A stretch of 64,000 nucleotides of DNA. Origin: an uncultured Bacilli bacterium (GTDB lineage: Bacteria; Bacillota_I; Bacilli_A; RF39; UBA660). Position 1 is the first letter of the stretch. Each line of letters begins with the position of its first letter. The notes beneath the pieces were generated by a model, which worked only from the letters and a program-made list of their open reading frames with translations, searched no databases and was not told the DNA's origin. The translations under genes and the position numbers were made by a program. The stretch is taken from assembly GCA_934120015.1 (NCBI GenBank), contig CAKOTD010000003.1, positions 3,921-67,920 on the forward strand, given 5' to 3'. Positions 37,793 to 47,408 of the stretch are shown one piece after another.

Positions 37793-38716
37793 GTGATTAG
37801 TGTGAGATATAAGAAAGTAAAGAAGGTTTTAATTTTTTGGTGTTTATTTATAGGTATTGGGGCTTTATACGGAGGATTAAATATGTTATTTGATCCAACA
37901 GGAAAATCTCTTAAAATGGATGAATTGTTACCATATTTTAAAACGCTACCATTTAGTAATATATTATTTAAAAATTATATGTTTTCTGGTATATCATTAA
38001 TAGTTGTGAATGGAATAACCAATTTAGTAGCTGCCTACTTTCTTATTAAAAATAAAAAAATAGGTATTATATTAGGTACTATATTTGGTTTTACATTAAT
38101 GTTATGGATTATTATTCAATTTATTATTTTTCCTATGAATATATTATCAATTTCTTATTTTGTATTTGGAGTGTTGCAACTAATATCTGGATATATAACT
38201 TATGTTTTTTATATGCAAGAACAGTTTTCTTTTGATGCAAATAAGTATCATAATATTGGTAAAAATAAGGAAAGCATAGTTGTTTATTTTTCAAGAATGG
38301 GGTATACAAAATGGATTGCGTATGAGAAAGCAAATAGGATAGGAGCCGATATACTGGAAATAAAAACAAAAGAGAAAACTGATGGAACACTAGGTTTTTG
38401 GTGGTGTGGAAGATATGGTATGCATAAGTGGAATATGAAAATAGAAGAATTACCAATTAATTTACAAGATTATCAAAATGTAATCATAGTATCACCAATA
38501 TGGGTTTTTAGTATATGTGCACCAATAAGAGAATTCTGCTATCAAAATAAAAATTATATTAATAATGCTCAATATATATTTACCCATTTTATGAATTGTA
38601 GTTTTAAAAATGTAGCAGATGAACTCGATAAAATAATAAATAAAAAAAGAGATAAATTTACTTCTATTTGTATTAGATTGGGTAAAGTAAAGTCATATAG
38701 AACCTTTGAAAAATGA
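37793..38716 (+). CDS. Membrane protein with a C-terminal flavodoxin-like domain
   Basis: 4 N-terminal TM segments, then IVVYFSRMGYTKWIAYEKANRIGADILEI (flavodoxin-fold start). Confidence 0.6.
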   Translation: MISVRYKKVKKVLIFWCLFIGIGALYGGLNMLFDPTGKSLKMDELLPYFKTLPFSNILFKNYMFSGISLIVVNGITNLVAAYFLIKNKKIGIILGTIFGFTLMLWIIIQFIIFPMNILSISYFVFGVLQLISGYITYVFYMQEQFSFDANKYHNIGKNKESIVVYFSRMGYTKWIAYEKANRIGADILEIKTKEKTDGTLGFWWCGRYGMHKWNMKIEELPINLQDYQNVIIVSPIWVFSICAPIREFCYQNKNYINNAQYIFTHFMNCSFKNVADELDKIINKKRDKFTSICIRLGKVKSYRTFEK

Positions 38717-38751
38717 GTTGGTATATCGGTTTAATTGTTATAAAGTAAGAA

Positions 38752-38788
38752 AAACAAATCATTACAAATCATTGATGATTTGTTTTTG
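38752..38788 (+). terminator. Intrinsic terminator
   Basis: 11-bp stem AAACAAATCAT/ATGATTTGTTT followed by TT. Confidence 0.65.
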
Positions 38789-38811
38789 TGTATTAATAAA
38801 TTTATAATAGA

Positions 38812-38840
38812 TTGACACGCGTACATATGTACTCTATAAT
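38812..38840 (+). promoter_or_regulatory. Perfect consensus promoter TTGACA-N17-TATAAT with the 12-bp palindrome GTACATATGTAC in the spacer
   Basis: -35 at 38812-38817, palindrome at 38821-38832, -10 at 38835-38840. Confidence 0.65.
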
Positions 38841-38905
38841 AATAGTGAAAGAGCAAAATTATACAACTATATAATTATAATTTAATAGAAACGGAGCATA
38901 ATCTA

Positions 38906-39109
38906 ATGAGTAAGTATGAACCATTATGGAGTTATTTAAAAAAGAATCAAAAAGAAAATTATAAGTTGAGTTATGAAGAAATAAAAAATATTTTAGGGTT
39001 TGAAATAGATCATTCATTTTTAAAGTATAAAAAGGAGTTAAAAGAGTATGGTTATGAAGTTTTAAAGATATCAATGAAAGATAAATATGTTGAATTTAAG
39101 AAAATATAA
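38906..39109 (+). CDS. 67-aa conserved-looking hypothetical protein
   Basis: MSKYEPLWSYLKKN...LSYEEIKNILGFEIDHSFLKYKKE. RBS ACGGAG. Driven by the consensus promoter. Confidence 0.5.
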   Translation: MSKYEPLWSYLKKNQKENYKLSYEEIKNILGFEIDHSFLKYKKELKEYGYEVLKISMKDKYVEFKKI

Positions 39110-39120
39110 AATTTTATATA

Positions 39121-39411
39121 TTGAAAAAAGATTCTGAGAATGAATATATTAATTTAAGTTTAGAAAATATAGATAAAGAACATATTTGTTGTGCTATTAG
39201 TGATTCCAAACATCAAATAGGTGTTAATAATAAAGAAGCGTGGATTAAGGATAAGTTAAAGGATGAAGATGTATTTAGAAAACTAAATGTAAGGGATAAA
39301 ACATTTATTGAATATGATCCTATTGAAATAGCATGGGTACCTATAATAGGTAAAAATTATGAGTATATTTATTGCTTATTGGTAGCTGGTAGTTTTAAGG
39401 GAAAATTATGA
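39121..39411 (+). pseudogene. Truncated paralogue of the YoaP-like GNAT gene (N-terminal ~95 aa only)
   Basis: Aligns with residues 1-95 of the 30890-31633 product (INLSLENIDKEHICC...AWVPIIGKNYEYIYC) and stops at the GNAT core. Confidence 0.7.
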
Positions 39412-39693
39412 TATTGCTATATATATTAATTTAGATAAAAATAAAAGATTAGAAAGAGTAAAAAGTCGTTCTTTTGAACTATTTAAAGAAAGAATACTTG
39501 AAGGTTATATTATAGAAAACAAAAATTTTGGAATTATGTTTATAGTAGGGATGAAAAAGAGATATTAAAATGGTTTGAATCCTTAAGTTGTAGGAAGATT
39601 ATAATAGATGGAAGTAACTCTTTAAATGAAAATATTGAGCTGGTTATGCAAATAATTAATAAAGTAGATATATGTAAAGAAAATTATAAATAG
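39412..39693 (+). pseudogene. Frameshifted remnant of a small AAA/shikimate-kinase-like ATPase gene
   Basis: Two frames read IYINLDKNKRLERVKSRSFELFKERILEG and RDEKEILKWFESLSCRKIIIDGSNSLNENIELVMQIINK. Confidence 0.5.
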
Positions 39694-39743
39694 TAGAATA
39701 ATACTTAATTATGGTATATAATTATTCTAGGAGGCGTTTTAGA

Positions 39744-40808
39744 ATGGAAAATAAAAAAAATAAGAAGTGGTTTATTGTTTTAATTTTAATTATTATATTA
39801 CTTATATTTCTAATATTTTATTTATTATTTGGAAGAAAAAAGTCTTTTACAGTTACTTTTGATACAGTAGGAGGTACACCAATTAGTAATATTATAGTTA
39901 AAAATAATGAAGTAATTAAATTGCCAGATGAGCCAGTAAAGGAAGGATTTACATTTATTGGATGGACTGATAATAATGGTAATATGATAACAAACGGGAC
40001 AAAGTTAACAGAAGATATTACATTAAGAGCTTTATGGATAGATAATAATGCTGAAACTATTGTTATTACATTTGATACAGATGGCGGAAATGAAATAGGA
40101 AGTATTACTATGGCAAAAGATGGTAGTATTATCCTTCCAGTAAATCCAATAAAAGAAGGATATATTTTTGGTGGATGGATAGATGAAAATGGTAATATTA
40201 TTTCATCAAATATGACTACTACTAATAGTACTACTTTGAAAGCATACTGGATTAAAAAGAATGCTAAAACATCAACTATTACATTTGATACAGATGGTGG
40301 AAATAATATTGATAATATTTTAGTTGAAAATGATAAAATAATTGTTTTACCTGTAAATCCAACAAAAGATGGTTATGTTTTTGATGGATGGGTTGATACT
40401 GATGGAAACACTATCACAAAAGATACTATTATAAATAAAGATATAACTATTAAAGCTATTTGGAAAGAACCATATACTTGTCCAAATGATTGTGATCCAG
40501 TAGAAAATGGAAGTAAATGTGTGAAGGAAACAACAACGGATATGATTATTGTTTCTGGGTGTCCTTCTGGATATAGAATGAGCAATGGGAAATGTACAGG
40601 TACAAGATATGCTGCCAATAATGGCTCAAATGGCTGGGAATGCAATAATAGTGGTGACTATATGTATACTGAAGAAGATGGTTTTGGAGCTATGATGTGG
40701 TGTGTACCAACAACAAGTGTAAAAACTGGAAAAGAATGTCCAGATGGTTATACACAAGATGGAAGTATTTGTAAGAAAATTGAAACAATAGACTGCGTAG
40801 CAAATTAA
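39744..40808 (+). CDS. Membrane-anchored surface protein with three Listeria-Bacteroides (InlB B-type) repeats and a Cys-rich C-domain
   Basis: Three copies of (T)FDT.GG..I......(D/N)..I.LP..P.K.G(F/Y).F.GW.D..GN. GGAGG RBS before the ATG at 39744. Confidence 0.8.
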   Translation: MENKKNKKWFIVLILIIILLIFLIFYLLFGRKKSFTVTFDTVGGTPISNIIVKNNEVIKLPDEPVKEGFTFIGWTDNNGNMITNGTKLTEDITLRALWIDNNAETIVITFDTDGGNEIGSITMAKDGSIILPVNPIKEGYIFGGWIDENGNIISSNMTTTNSTTLKAYWIKKNAKTSTITFDTDGGNNIDNILVENDKIIVLPVNPTKDGYVFDGWVDTDGNTITKDTIINKDITIKAIWKEPYTCPNDCDPVENGSKCVKETTTDMIIVSGCPSGYRMSNGKCTGTRYAANNGSNGWECNNSGDYMYTEEDGFGAMMWCVPTTSVKTGKECPDGYTQDGSICKKIETIDCVAN

Positions 40809-40925
40809 ATATTAATAGAAAATATTGATAAAATTCATACAACTACTTTGGGTATTAGTAGAATTAAAAGAAATTTAAAATTAGATAATGTTGATATAAT
40901 AGAAAATTATAAAGAAATGGTTTGA
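40809..40925 (+). pseudogene. DUF3781-like gene fragment (N-terminal part, no start codon), copy 1
   Basis: ENIDKIHTTTLGISRIKRNLKLDNVDIIENYKEMV-stop. Confidence 0.6.
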
Positions 40926-41034
40926 AAATTTTTTTAACTATAAAAATAGGATTTTTCCTATTTTTTCTTTTTCTTTTACTTGAAAAAATATATATAATAT
41001 GTTATTATACTAGGCAATCAAGGAGGATTATTAT

Positions 41035-42282
41035 ATGTTAACAAATGAGGAGTTAGATAAAAAAATTTTAGGATTAGAACAATCTGAAAAAGAAAGAATA
41101 GAAGAAGAAATAAAGAAAGAAGAAGAAAGAATTATAAATTCTAAAGATTCCAAAGCTATATATTTATTTGCTAGGAATGTTGAAGGATCGCATATAGATA
41201 AATTAGAAGATGCTATAATAGCAACAGGTGACGCTGGATATATATATTCCTTTGCTTTTTTAGATGGAGCACATATAGAAAAATTGGAGGATGCTATAAT
41301 AGCAACAAAAAAATCACCAAAAAAAGCCCTTTATATATATGAATTTGCTAGGGATATTAAAGGAGCGCATATAGACAGGTTAGAAGATGCTGTAATAGCA
41401 ACCAAAACTGTATATATATATTTATTTGCTAGGGATATTAAAGGAGCTCATATAGAAAAATTAGAGGATGGTATAATAGCAGCTGGTGATAACTTATATA
41501 TATGTGAATTTGCAAAAGATATAAAAGGAGCGCATATAGACAAATTAGAAGATGCAATAATAGCAACTGGTGATGCCCAATATATATATGAATTTGCAAA
41601 AAATATAAAAGGAACACATATAGACAAATTAGAGGATGGTATAATAGCAAAAGGTGATGCCTACTATATATATTCATTTGCTAAGGATATAAAAGGAGCG
41701 CATATAGACAAGTTAGAGGATGGTATAATATCAACCAAAAAAGCCCAATATATATATGAATTTGCTATGGATATAAAAGGAGCACATATAGACAAATTAA
41801 GGGATGCTATAATATTAATAGGTAATCTTGAATATATTTCTAAATTTTTCAAACTTGCATATATAAAGGCAGATGAAAGGGAATTATATTTGGTACTATC
41901 AAAAAGATTTGATTTAGAAACTATTGGAATAACATTTGCTGACTCATTTGCAAATAAACTATATTTTAAGAAAAAAGAAGATACATTAAAATATTTAATA
42001 AAAAATAGAGAATTAGATATTAATAAACTTAGATTAAGAATATATTTTGATTGGTTGAATAATCCTAATTCAACAAAAGAAGATTTAGAAAAATGCAATG
42101 AAGAATATATTAGATATGTATCTATGTTTTATGGTGAAAAAAATAAAAATGAAGAAACAAAAGAAAATTCAGAAAAAAATAATGAACAAGGAAAAACTCT
42201 TGTTAAGACAAAAAAAATAATGAACAAGGAAAAACTCTTGTTAAGACAAAAAAATAAATGGATAAGGAAAAAATATCAATAA
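41035..42282 (+). CDS. Tandem-repeat protein, paralogue 1 (about eight ~29-aa repeats + conserved C-domain; 3' end frameshifted by a 38-bp duplication)
   Basis: Repeat consensus GDA.YIY.FAKDIKGAHIDKLEDAIIAT. GGAGG RBS. Confidence 0.8.
   Translation: MLTNEELDKKILGLEQSEKERIEEEIKKEEERIINSKDSKAIYLFARNVEGSHIDKLEDAIIATGDAGYIYSFAFLDGAHIEKLEDAIIATKKSPKKALYIYEFARDIKGAHIDRLEDAVIATKTVYIYLFARDIKGAHIEKLEDGIIAAGDNLYICEFAKDIKGAHIDKLEDAIIATGDAQYIYEFAKNIKGTHIDKLEDGIIAKGDAYYIYSFAKDIKGAHIDKLEDGIISTKKAQYIYEFAMDIKGAHIDKLRDAIILIGNLEYISKFFKLAYIKADERELYLVLSKRFDLETIGITFADSFANKLYFKKKEDTLKYLIKNRELDINKLRLRIYFDWLNNPNSTKEDLEKCNEEYIRYVSMFYGEKNKNEETKENSEKNNEQGKTLVKTKKIMNKEKLLLRQKNKWIRKKYQ
41140..41840 (+). repeat. Coding tandem repeat array (period ~84-90 bp)
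   Basis: Reiterated ...CATATAGACAAATTAGAGGATG.TATAATAGCAAC.GGTGATGC... units. Confidence 0.85.
42179..42254 (+). repeat. 38-bp perfect tandem duplication at the 3' end of paralogue 1
   Basis: ATAATGAACAAGGAAAAACTCTTGTTAAGACAAAAAA(A) occurs twice (42179-42216 and 42217-42254). Confidence 0.85.
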
Positions 42283-42376
42283 AATTCATACAACTCCTTT
42301 AGGTATTAGTAGAATTAAAAGAAATTTAAAGTTAGACAATGTTGATATAATAGAAAATTATAAAGAAATGGTTTGA
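42266..42376 (+). pseudogene. DUF3781-like gene fragment, copy 2
   Basis: GKNINKIHTTPLGISRIKRNLKLDNVDIIENYKEMV-stop. The upstream ATG at 42258 is out of frame. Confidence 0.6.
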
Positions 42377-42484
42377 AAAAATTTTAACTATAAAAATAGG
42401 ATTTTTCCTATTTTTTCTTTTTCTTCTACTTGAAAAAATATATATAATATGTTATTATACTAGACAATCAAGGAGGATTATTAT

Positions 42485-44176
42485 ATGTTAACAAATGAGG
42501 AATTAGATAAAAAAATATTAGAATTTAAGGAATTTAAAGAAAAAGAAGAAGAAAAAATTATAAACTCTAAAGATCCAAAAAAAATATATAGCTTTGCCAA
42601 AGATGTAAAGAAAGGAAAAGATATCGACAAATTAGAAGATGCAATAATAGCAACAGGTAATGCTGTATATATATATGACTTTGCCAAAGATATAAAGCAA
42701 GGAAAAAATATAGACAAATTAGAGGATGCCATAATAGCAACAGGTAATGCTGTATATATATATGACTTTGCCAAAGATATAAAGCAAGGAAAAAATATAG
42801 AGAAGTTAGAGGATGCTATAATAGCAATAGGTGGTGCTTATTATATATATCACTTTGCCAAAGATATAAAGCAAGGAAAAAATATAGAGAAATTAGAGGA
42901 TGCAATAATAGCAACAGGTGATGCCGAATATATATATAGATTTGCCAAATATATAAAGAAAGGAAAAGATATCGACAAATTAGTGGATGCAATAATAGCA
43001 ACCAAAAATGCCGAATATATACTTGAATTTGCAAGAAATGTAAAAGGAGCACATATAGACAAATTAGAGGATGCAATAATAGCAACAGGTGATGCCGAAT
43101 ATATATATAACTTTGCTATGTGTATCAAAGGAGCCAATATAGGCAAATTAGAGGATGCTATAATAGCAATTGGTGCTGCCAAACATATATATGACTTTGC
43201 TTGTTTAAATGGAGCCAATATAAAAAAATTAGAAGATGCTATAATAGCAACAGGTAGTCCTGGAGATATATATGGCTTTGCAAAATATGTGTCTAGAGCC
43301 CATGTAAAGAAATTAGAAGATGCCATAATAGCAACAGGTGATGCCGAATATATATATGCCTTTGCCAAAGATATAAAGGAAGGAAAATATATAAAGAAAT
43401 TAGAAGATGCTATAATAGCAATAGGTGATGCCGAATATATATATATATTTGCCAAAGATATAAAGAAAGGAAAAGATATCGACAAATTAGAAGATGGTAT
43501 AATAGCAACAGGTAATGCTTATTTTATATATTACTTTGCCGAAGATATAAAGCAAGGAAAAGATATAGGCAAATTAGAGGATGCAATAATAGCAATAGGT
43601 GATGCTACATATATATATCTATTTGCCAAAAAAATAAAGGAAGGAAAAGATATAGACAAATTAGAGGATGCTATAATAGCAATAGGTAATGCCGAATATA
43701 TGTATAAATTTGCAAGGGATGTAAAGGGAGCCCATATAGACAAATTAAAAGATGCTATAATATCAATAGGTAATATTAAATATATTTCTGAATTTTTTGA
43801 GCTCGTGAATATAAATACAAATAAAATAGTATTATATTTGGTACTATCAAAAAAATTTGATTTAAAGCGTATTGGTGAAAAAGTTAAAGAATCGTTTTTT
43901 AATAAATTATATTTTGGTAAAAAAACTGACACTTTAGAATATTTAATGGAAAATAGAGAGTTAGATATTAATGAAATTAGATTAAGAATATATTTTGATT
44001 ATTTGAGTAATTTTAATTCAACAAAAGAGGATTTAGAAAAATGCAATGAAGAATATATTAGATATGTATTTATGCTTTATGGTGAAAAAAATAAAAATGA
44101 AGAAGCAAAAGAAAATTTAGAAAAAAGTAATGAACAAGGAAAAAGTCTTGTTAAGACTAAAAAAATAAATGGATAA
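42485..44176 (+). CDS. Tandem-repeat protein, paralogue 2 (about 15 repeats + conserved 125-aa C-domain)
   Basis: Same N-terminus (MLTNEELDKKIL) and C-domain as paralogue 1. The upstream 200 bp is nearly identical to 40830-41034. Confidence 0.85.
   Translation: MLTNEELDKKILEFKEFKEKEEEKIINSKDPKKIYSFAKDVKKGKDIDKLEDAIIATGNAVYIYDFAKDIKQGKNIDKLEDAIIATGNAVYIYDFAKDIKQGKNIEKLEDAIIAIGGAYYIYHFAKDIKQGKNIEKLEDAIIATGDAEYIYRFAKYIKKGKDIDKLVDAIIATKNAEYILEFARNVKGAHIDKLEDAIIATGDAEYIYNFAMCIKGANIGKLEDAIIAIGAAKHIYDFACLNGANIKKLEDAIIATGSPGDIYGFAKYVSRAHVKKLEDAIIATGDAEYIYAFAKDIKEGKYIKKLEDAIIAIGDAEYIYIFAKDIKKGKDIDKLEDGIIATGNAYFIYYFAEDIKQGKDIGKLEDAIIAIGDATYIYLFAKKIKEGKDIDKLEDAIIAIGNAEYMYKFARDVKGAHIDKLKDAIISIGNIKYISEFFELVNINTNKIVLYLVLSKKFDLKRIGEKVKESFFNKLYFGKKTDTLEYLMENRELDINEIRLRIYFDYLSNFNSTKEDLEKCNEEYIRYVFMLYGEKNKNEEAKENLEKSNEQGKSLVKTKKING
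42566..43800 (+). repeat. Coding tandem repeat array (period ~87 bp; several consecutive units nearly identical at the DNA level)
   Basis: GNAVYIYDFAKDIKQGKNIDKLEDAIIAT is repeated almost verbatim three times (about 42650-42900). Confidence 0.85.
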
Positions 44177-44382
44177 GAAAAAAATATCAATAAAATTAAT
44201 AGTCTCCTTTGAATGTCAGTAGAATTAAAATAAATTTAAGGTTAGATAATATTGATTCAATAAATTAGAGAAATACTCTTATTTATAAAAATTGTAAGAA
44301 TTGATATTGTGAAATTGATAATATAAAAATGATGATTAATACATATAGTTATACAATTATAACTGCACATATTATAAAGTAA
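44169..44382 (+). pseudogene. Degenerate full-length DUF3781-like gene (internal stops and frameshift)
   Basis: ATGGATAAG start, a recognisable ...VELK...LDNIDS... region, and the C-terminal INTYSYTIITAHIIK-stop. Confidence 0.6.
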
Positions 44383-44430
44383 ACAAGTCATAAAATATGA
44401 TTTGTTTTTTTGTATATAATAAAAAAAGAC

Positions 44431-44461
44431 TTGACTTAGAGTATACTCTAAGTATTATGAT
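44431..44461 (+). promoter_or_regulatory. MerR-type promoter TTGACT-N19-TATGAT with a perfect 18-bp palindrome in the spacer
   Basis: CTTAGAGTATACTCTAAG at 44435-44452. The 19-bp spacing is the MerR-family hallmark, and a MerR gene lies in the operon. Confidence 0.7.
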
Positions 44462-44487
44462 ATAGTTGTGTAAGAGAGGATGATAAA

Positions 44488-46254
44488 ATGATAAAGATAT
44501 TAAATAAAATTAATGAAGTAAGTGATTTAAAAAAACTAAATTATGAAGAATTAAATTTACTATCAAGTGAAATAAGGGAAGTTTTACTAAAAAAATTAAG
44601 TATACATGGTGGCCATTTTGGACCTAATTTTGGAATGGTTGAGGCAACAATTGCTCTACATTATGTTTTTAATTCACCTATTGATAAAATTGTTTATGAT
44701 GTATCACATCAAAGTTATACACATAAAATTTTAACTGGTAGAAAAGATGCCTTTCTTTATGAAGAAAAATATGATGATGTAACAGGATATACTGATCCAG
44801 ATGAAAGTTGTCACGATTTCTTTAAAATAGGTCATACTTCTACATCTATTAGTTTAGCATCAGGTCTTGCTAAAGCAAGAGATTTAAATGGTGATAATTA
44901 TAATGTAATTGCGGTTATAGGAGATGGCTCTTTAGGTGGTGGAGAAGCCTTAGAAGGGCTTGATTTTGTAGGTGAGCAAAAGAGTAATTTTATAATTATT
45001 GTAAATGATAATGATATGTCCATTGCTGAAAATCATGGTGGATTATATAAAAATTTAAGAGAGTTAAGAGATAGTAAAGGTAGTAGTAGTTGTAATCTTT
45101 TTAAAGCCATGGGTCTTGATTATGTCTATGTTGATGATGGTAATGATATTGATAAATTAATTGAGACTTTTAAAAAAATTAAAGATATAGATCATCCAAT
45201 AGTTGTTCATATTAATACTATGAAAGGAAAAGGGTATAAATTTGCTGAGGATGATAAAGAAAATTGGCACTGGACTATGCCATTTGATATAGAAACTGGT
45301 AAAGTAAAGATGACTTTTGATGGTGAAAATTATGGAGATTTAACGGGTAAGTATTTATTAGATAAAATGAAAAGTGATAAAAAGGTTGTTGCTATTGTAG
45401 CAGGTGTTCCAACAAATATAGGTTTTACAAAAGAAAGAAGAATAGAAGCCGGGGATCAGTTTATTGATGTTGGCATTGCTGAGGAACAGGCTGTTGCTCT
45501 TGCATCAGGTCTTGCTAAAGGTGGGATGAAACCTGTATTTGCTACACATTCAAGTTTTATGCAACGTACCTATGATCAATTATCACAAGATTTATGTATT
45601 AATAATAATCCAGCAACTATCTTAGTTAATACAGCATCTATATATGGAATGAATGATATAACACATTTAGGACTTTATGATATATCATTTATATCTAATA
45701 TTCCTAATATGGTATATTTAGCTCCTACTTCAAAAGATGAATACTTATCTATGCTTGAATATAGTATTTCTCAAGATTCTCATCCTATAGCCATTAGAGT
45801 ACCATGTAATGGTGTTATAAAAGATAATCGAACAGTAGATACTGATTATAGTGATTTAAATAAATATAAAGTTGAAAAACAAGGAAGTAAGATTGCTATA
45901 CTTGCACTTGGTGATTTTTATCAATTAGGTGAGAGTGTTACTGATGAAATAAAAAATAAGTTAAATATAGAGCCTACTTTAATTAATCCAAGATTTATTA
46001 CTGGAACTGATAATGAATTACTTGAAAGTTTAAAGAAAAATCATGATATAGTTATCACATTAGAAGATGGTATATTAGATGGTGGATTCGGTGAAAAAAT
46101 TGCTAGATTTTATGGTGATAGTAATATGCTTGTTAAAAATTATGGTATTAAAAAAGCCTTTTATGATAGATATGATGTAAATGAGTTACTCAAAGCAAAT
46201 AGATTAACAAAAGAACAAATTGTTTTTGATATAACTAAATTATTAAATAAATAG
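44488..46254 (+). CDS. 1-deoxy-D-xylulose-5-phosphate synthase-like transketolase-family enzyme (588 aa)
   Basis: GGHFGPNFGMVEATIALHYVF, VIGDGSLGGGEALEGL (ThDP motif), and Pyr and C-terminal domains. Confidence 0.8.
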   Translation: MIKILNKINEVSDLKKLNYEELNLLSSEIREVLLKKLSIHGGHFGPNFGMVEATIALHYVFNSPIDKIVYDVSHQSYTHKILTGRKDAFLYEEKYDDVTGYTDPDESCHDFFKIGHTSTSISLASGLAKARDLNGDNYNVIAVIGDGSLGGGEALEGLDFVGEQKSNFIIIVNDNDMSIAENHGGLYKNLRELRDSKGSSSCNLFKAMGLDYVYVDDGNDIDKLIETFKKIKDIDHPIVVHINTMKGKGYKFAEDDKENWHWTMPFDIETGKVKMTFDGENYGDLTGKYLLDKMKSDKKVVAIVAGVPTNIGFTKERRIEAGDQFIDVGIAEEQAVALASGLAKGGMKPVFATHSSFMQRTYDQLSQDLCINNNPATILVNTASIYGMNDITHLGLYDISFISNIPNMVYLAPTSKDEYLSMLEYSISQDSHPIAIRVPCNGVIKDNRTVDTDYSDLNKYKVEKQGSKIAILALGDFYQLGESVTDEIKNKLNIEPTLINPRFITGTDNELLESLKKNHDIVITLEDGILDGGFGEKIARFYGDSNMLVKNYGIKKAFYDRYDVNELLKANRLTKEQIVFDITKLLNK

Positions 46255-46262
46255 GAGTGTTT

Positions 46263-46646
46263 ATGACAATAAAAGAAGTAAGTAATAAATATGATATTAC
46301 ACAAGATACAATTAGATATTATGAAAGAATAGGATTATTACCACCTGTTCCAAGAAATAAGGTTGGTATAAGAGAATTTGATGAAAAGTCTTGTAAATGG
46401 TTAGAATTTATAAAATGTATGCGATCAGCAGGGATGCAAATAGAGGCGTTAATAGAATATATGACTTTATTTAGACAGGGTAAAGATACTGCATCAGCGA
46501 GAAAAAATCTTTTACTTGAACAAAGGGAAATACTTGTTCAAAAACAGAAAGATATAAATAATACCCTTGAAAGACTTGATTATAAAATTAAATTATATGA
46601 AGAAATTGAAGAAGGAAAAAGAAAAGATTTTATGGAGGAGCCATAA
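46263..46646 (+). CDS. MerR-family transcriptional regulator
   Basis: TIKEVSNKYDITQDTIRYYERIGLLPP HTH and a coiled-coil dimerisation helix. Confidence 0.88.
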   Translation: MTIKEVSNKYDITQDTIRYYERIGLLPPVPRNKVGIREFDEKSCKWLEFIKCMRSAGMQIEALIEYMTLFRQGKDTASARKNLLLEQREILVQKQKDINNTLERLDYKIKLYEEIEEGKRKDFMEEP

Positions 46647-46665
46647 TAGAAAAGGATGATTTGAT

Positions 46666-46986
46666 ATGATAAAACAAACAGCTGGAAGAGATGCTTTAGG
46701 GGAATTTGCTCCTAATTTTGCTCACTATAATGATGACATTTTATTTGGAGAAAATTGGAATGATAGGGCAATTGATTTAAAAACAAGATGTATAATTACT
46801 GTTGTTGCTTTAATGTCTAGTGGAATAACAGATAATTCATTAAGATATCATTTAGAGAATGCTAAAAAATGTGGCGTATCAAAAGAAGAAATGGCAGGTA
46901 TTATAACACATACAGCCTTTTATGTTGGTTGGCCTAAAGGATGGGCTGTATTTAATTTAGCTAAGGAGGTTTATAAAGATGAATAA
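46666..46986 (+). CDS. Carboxymuconolactone decarboxylase (AhpD-like) family protein
   Basis: LDLKTRCIITVVALMSSG...HLENAKKCGVSKEEMAGIITHTAFYVGWP. Confidence 0.8.
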   Translation: MIKQTAGRDALGEFAPNFAHYNDDILFGENWNDRAIDLKTRCIITVVALMSSGITDNSLRYHLENAKKCGVSKEEMAGIITHTAFYVGWPKGWAVFNLAKEVYKDE

Positions 46987-47407
46987 AGAAGAATTTGATA
47001 AAGTAAATGTATTTGGATTAGGAAAGCCAAATGTTAATTTTGCACAGTATTTTATAGGAAATAGTTATTTAAATCCTTTAACTGAAGCAGGAAAAACACC
47101 ATTTCTTGCTAATGTAACATTTGAACCAGGTTGTAGAAATAATTGGCATATTCATCATGCTACAAGTGGTGGTGGTCAAATCTTAGTTTGTACAGCCGGT
47201 TATGGTATTTATCAAGAAGAAGGAAAAGATGCTATAGAATTAAAACCTGGTATGGTTATTGTTATACCTGCCAATGTTAAACATTTCCATGGTGCTAAAA
47301 AAGATAGTTGGTTTAGTCATATAAGTATTGAAGTCCAAGGTGAAAATACAAGTACTGAATGGTTAGAACCAGTAACCGATATGGAATATGATAGGTTAGG
47401 AGAATAA
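46979..47407 (+). CDS. Cupin-domain protein
   Basis: NNWHIHH...GGGQIL...IPANVKHFHGA cupin metal motifs. Confidence 0.8.
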   Translation: MNKEEFDKVNVFGLGKPNVNFAQYFIGNSYLNPLTEAGKTPFLANVTFEPGCRNNWHIHHATSGGGQILVCTAGYGIYQEEGKDAIELKPGMVIVIPANVKHFHGAKKDSWFSHISIEVQGENTSTEWLEPVTDMEYDRLGE

Positions 47408-47408
47408 G

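Noticed and set aside
42481-43932. Long minus-strand ORFs (42481-42774, 42816-43085, 42850-43485, 43531-43932, and likewise 41438-41677 and 41664-42098)
   Set aside because: They are antisense shadows of the tandem-repeat coding sequence. Their periodic, low-complexity translations (SASPVAIIASSN...) mirror the repeat period. They lack RBSs, and the plus-strand genes have GGAGG sites and conserved termini.
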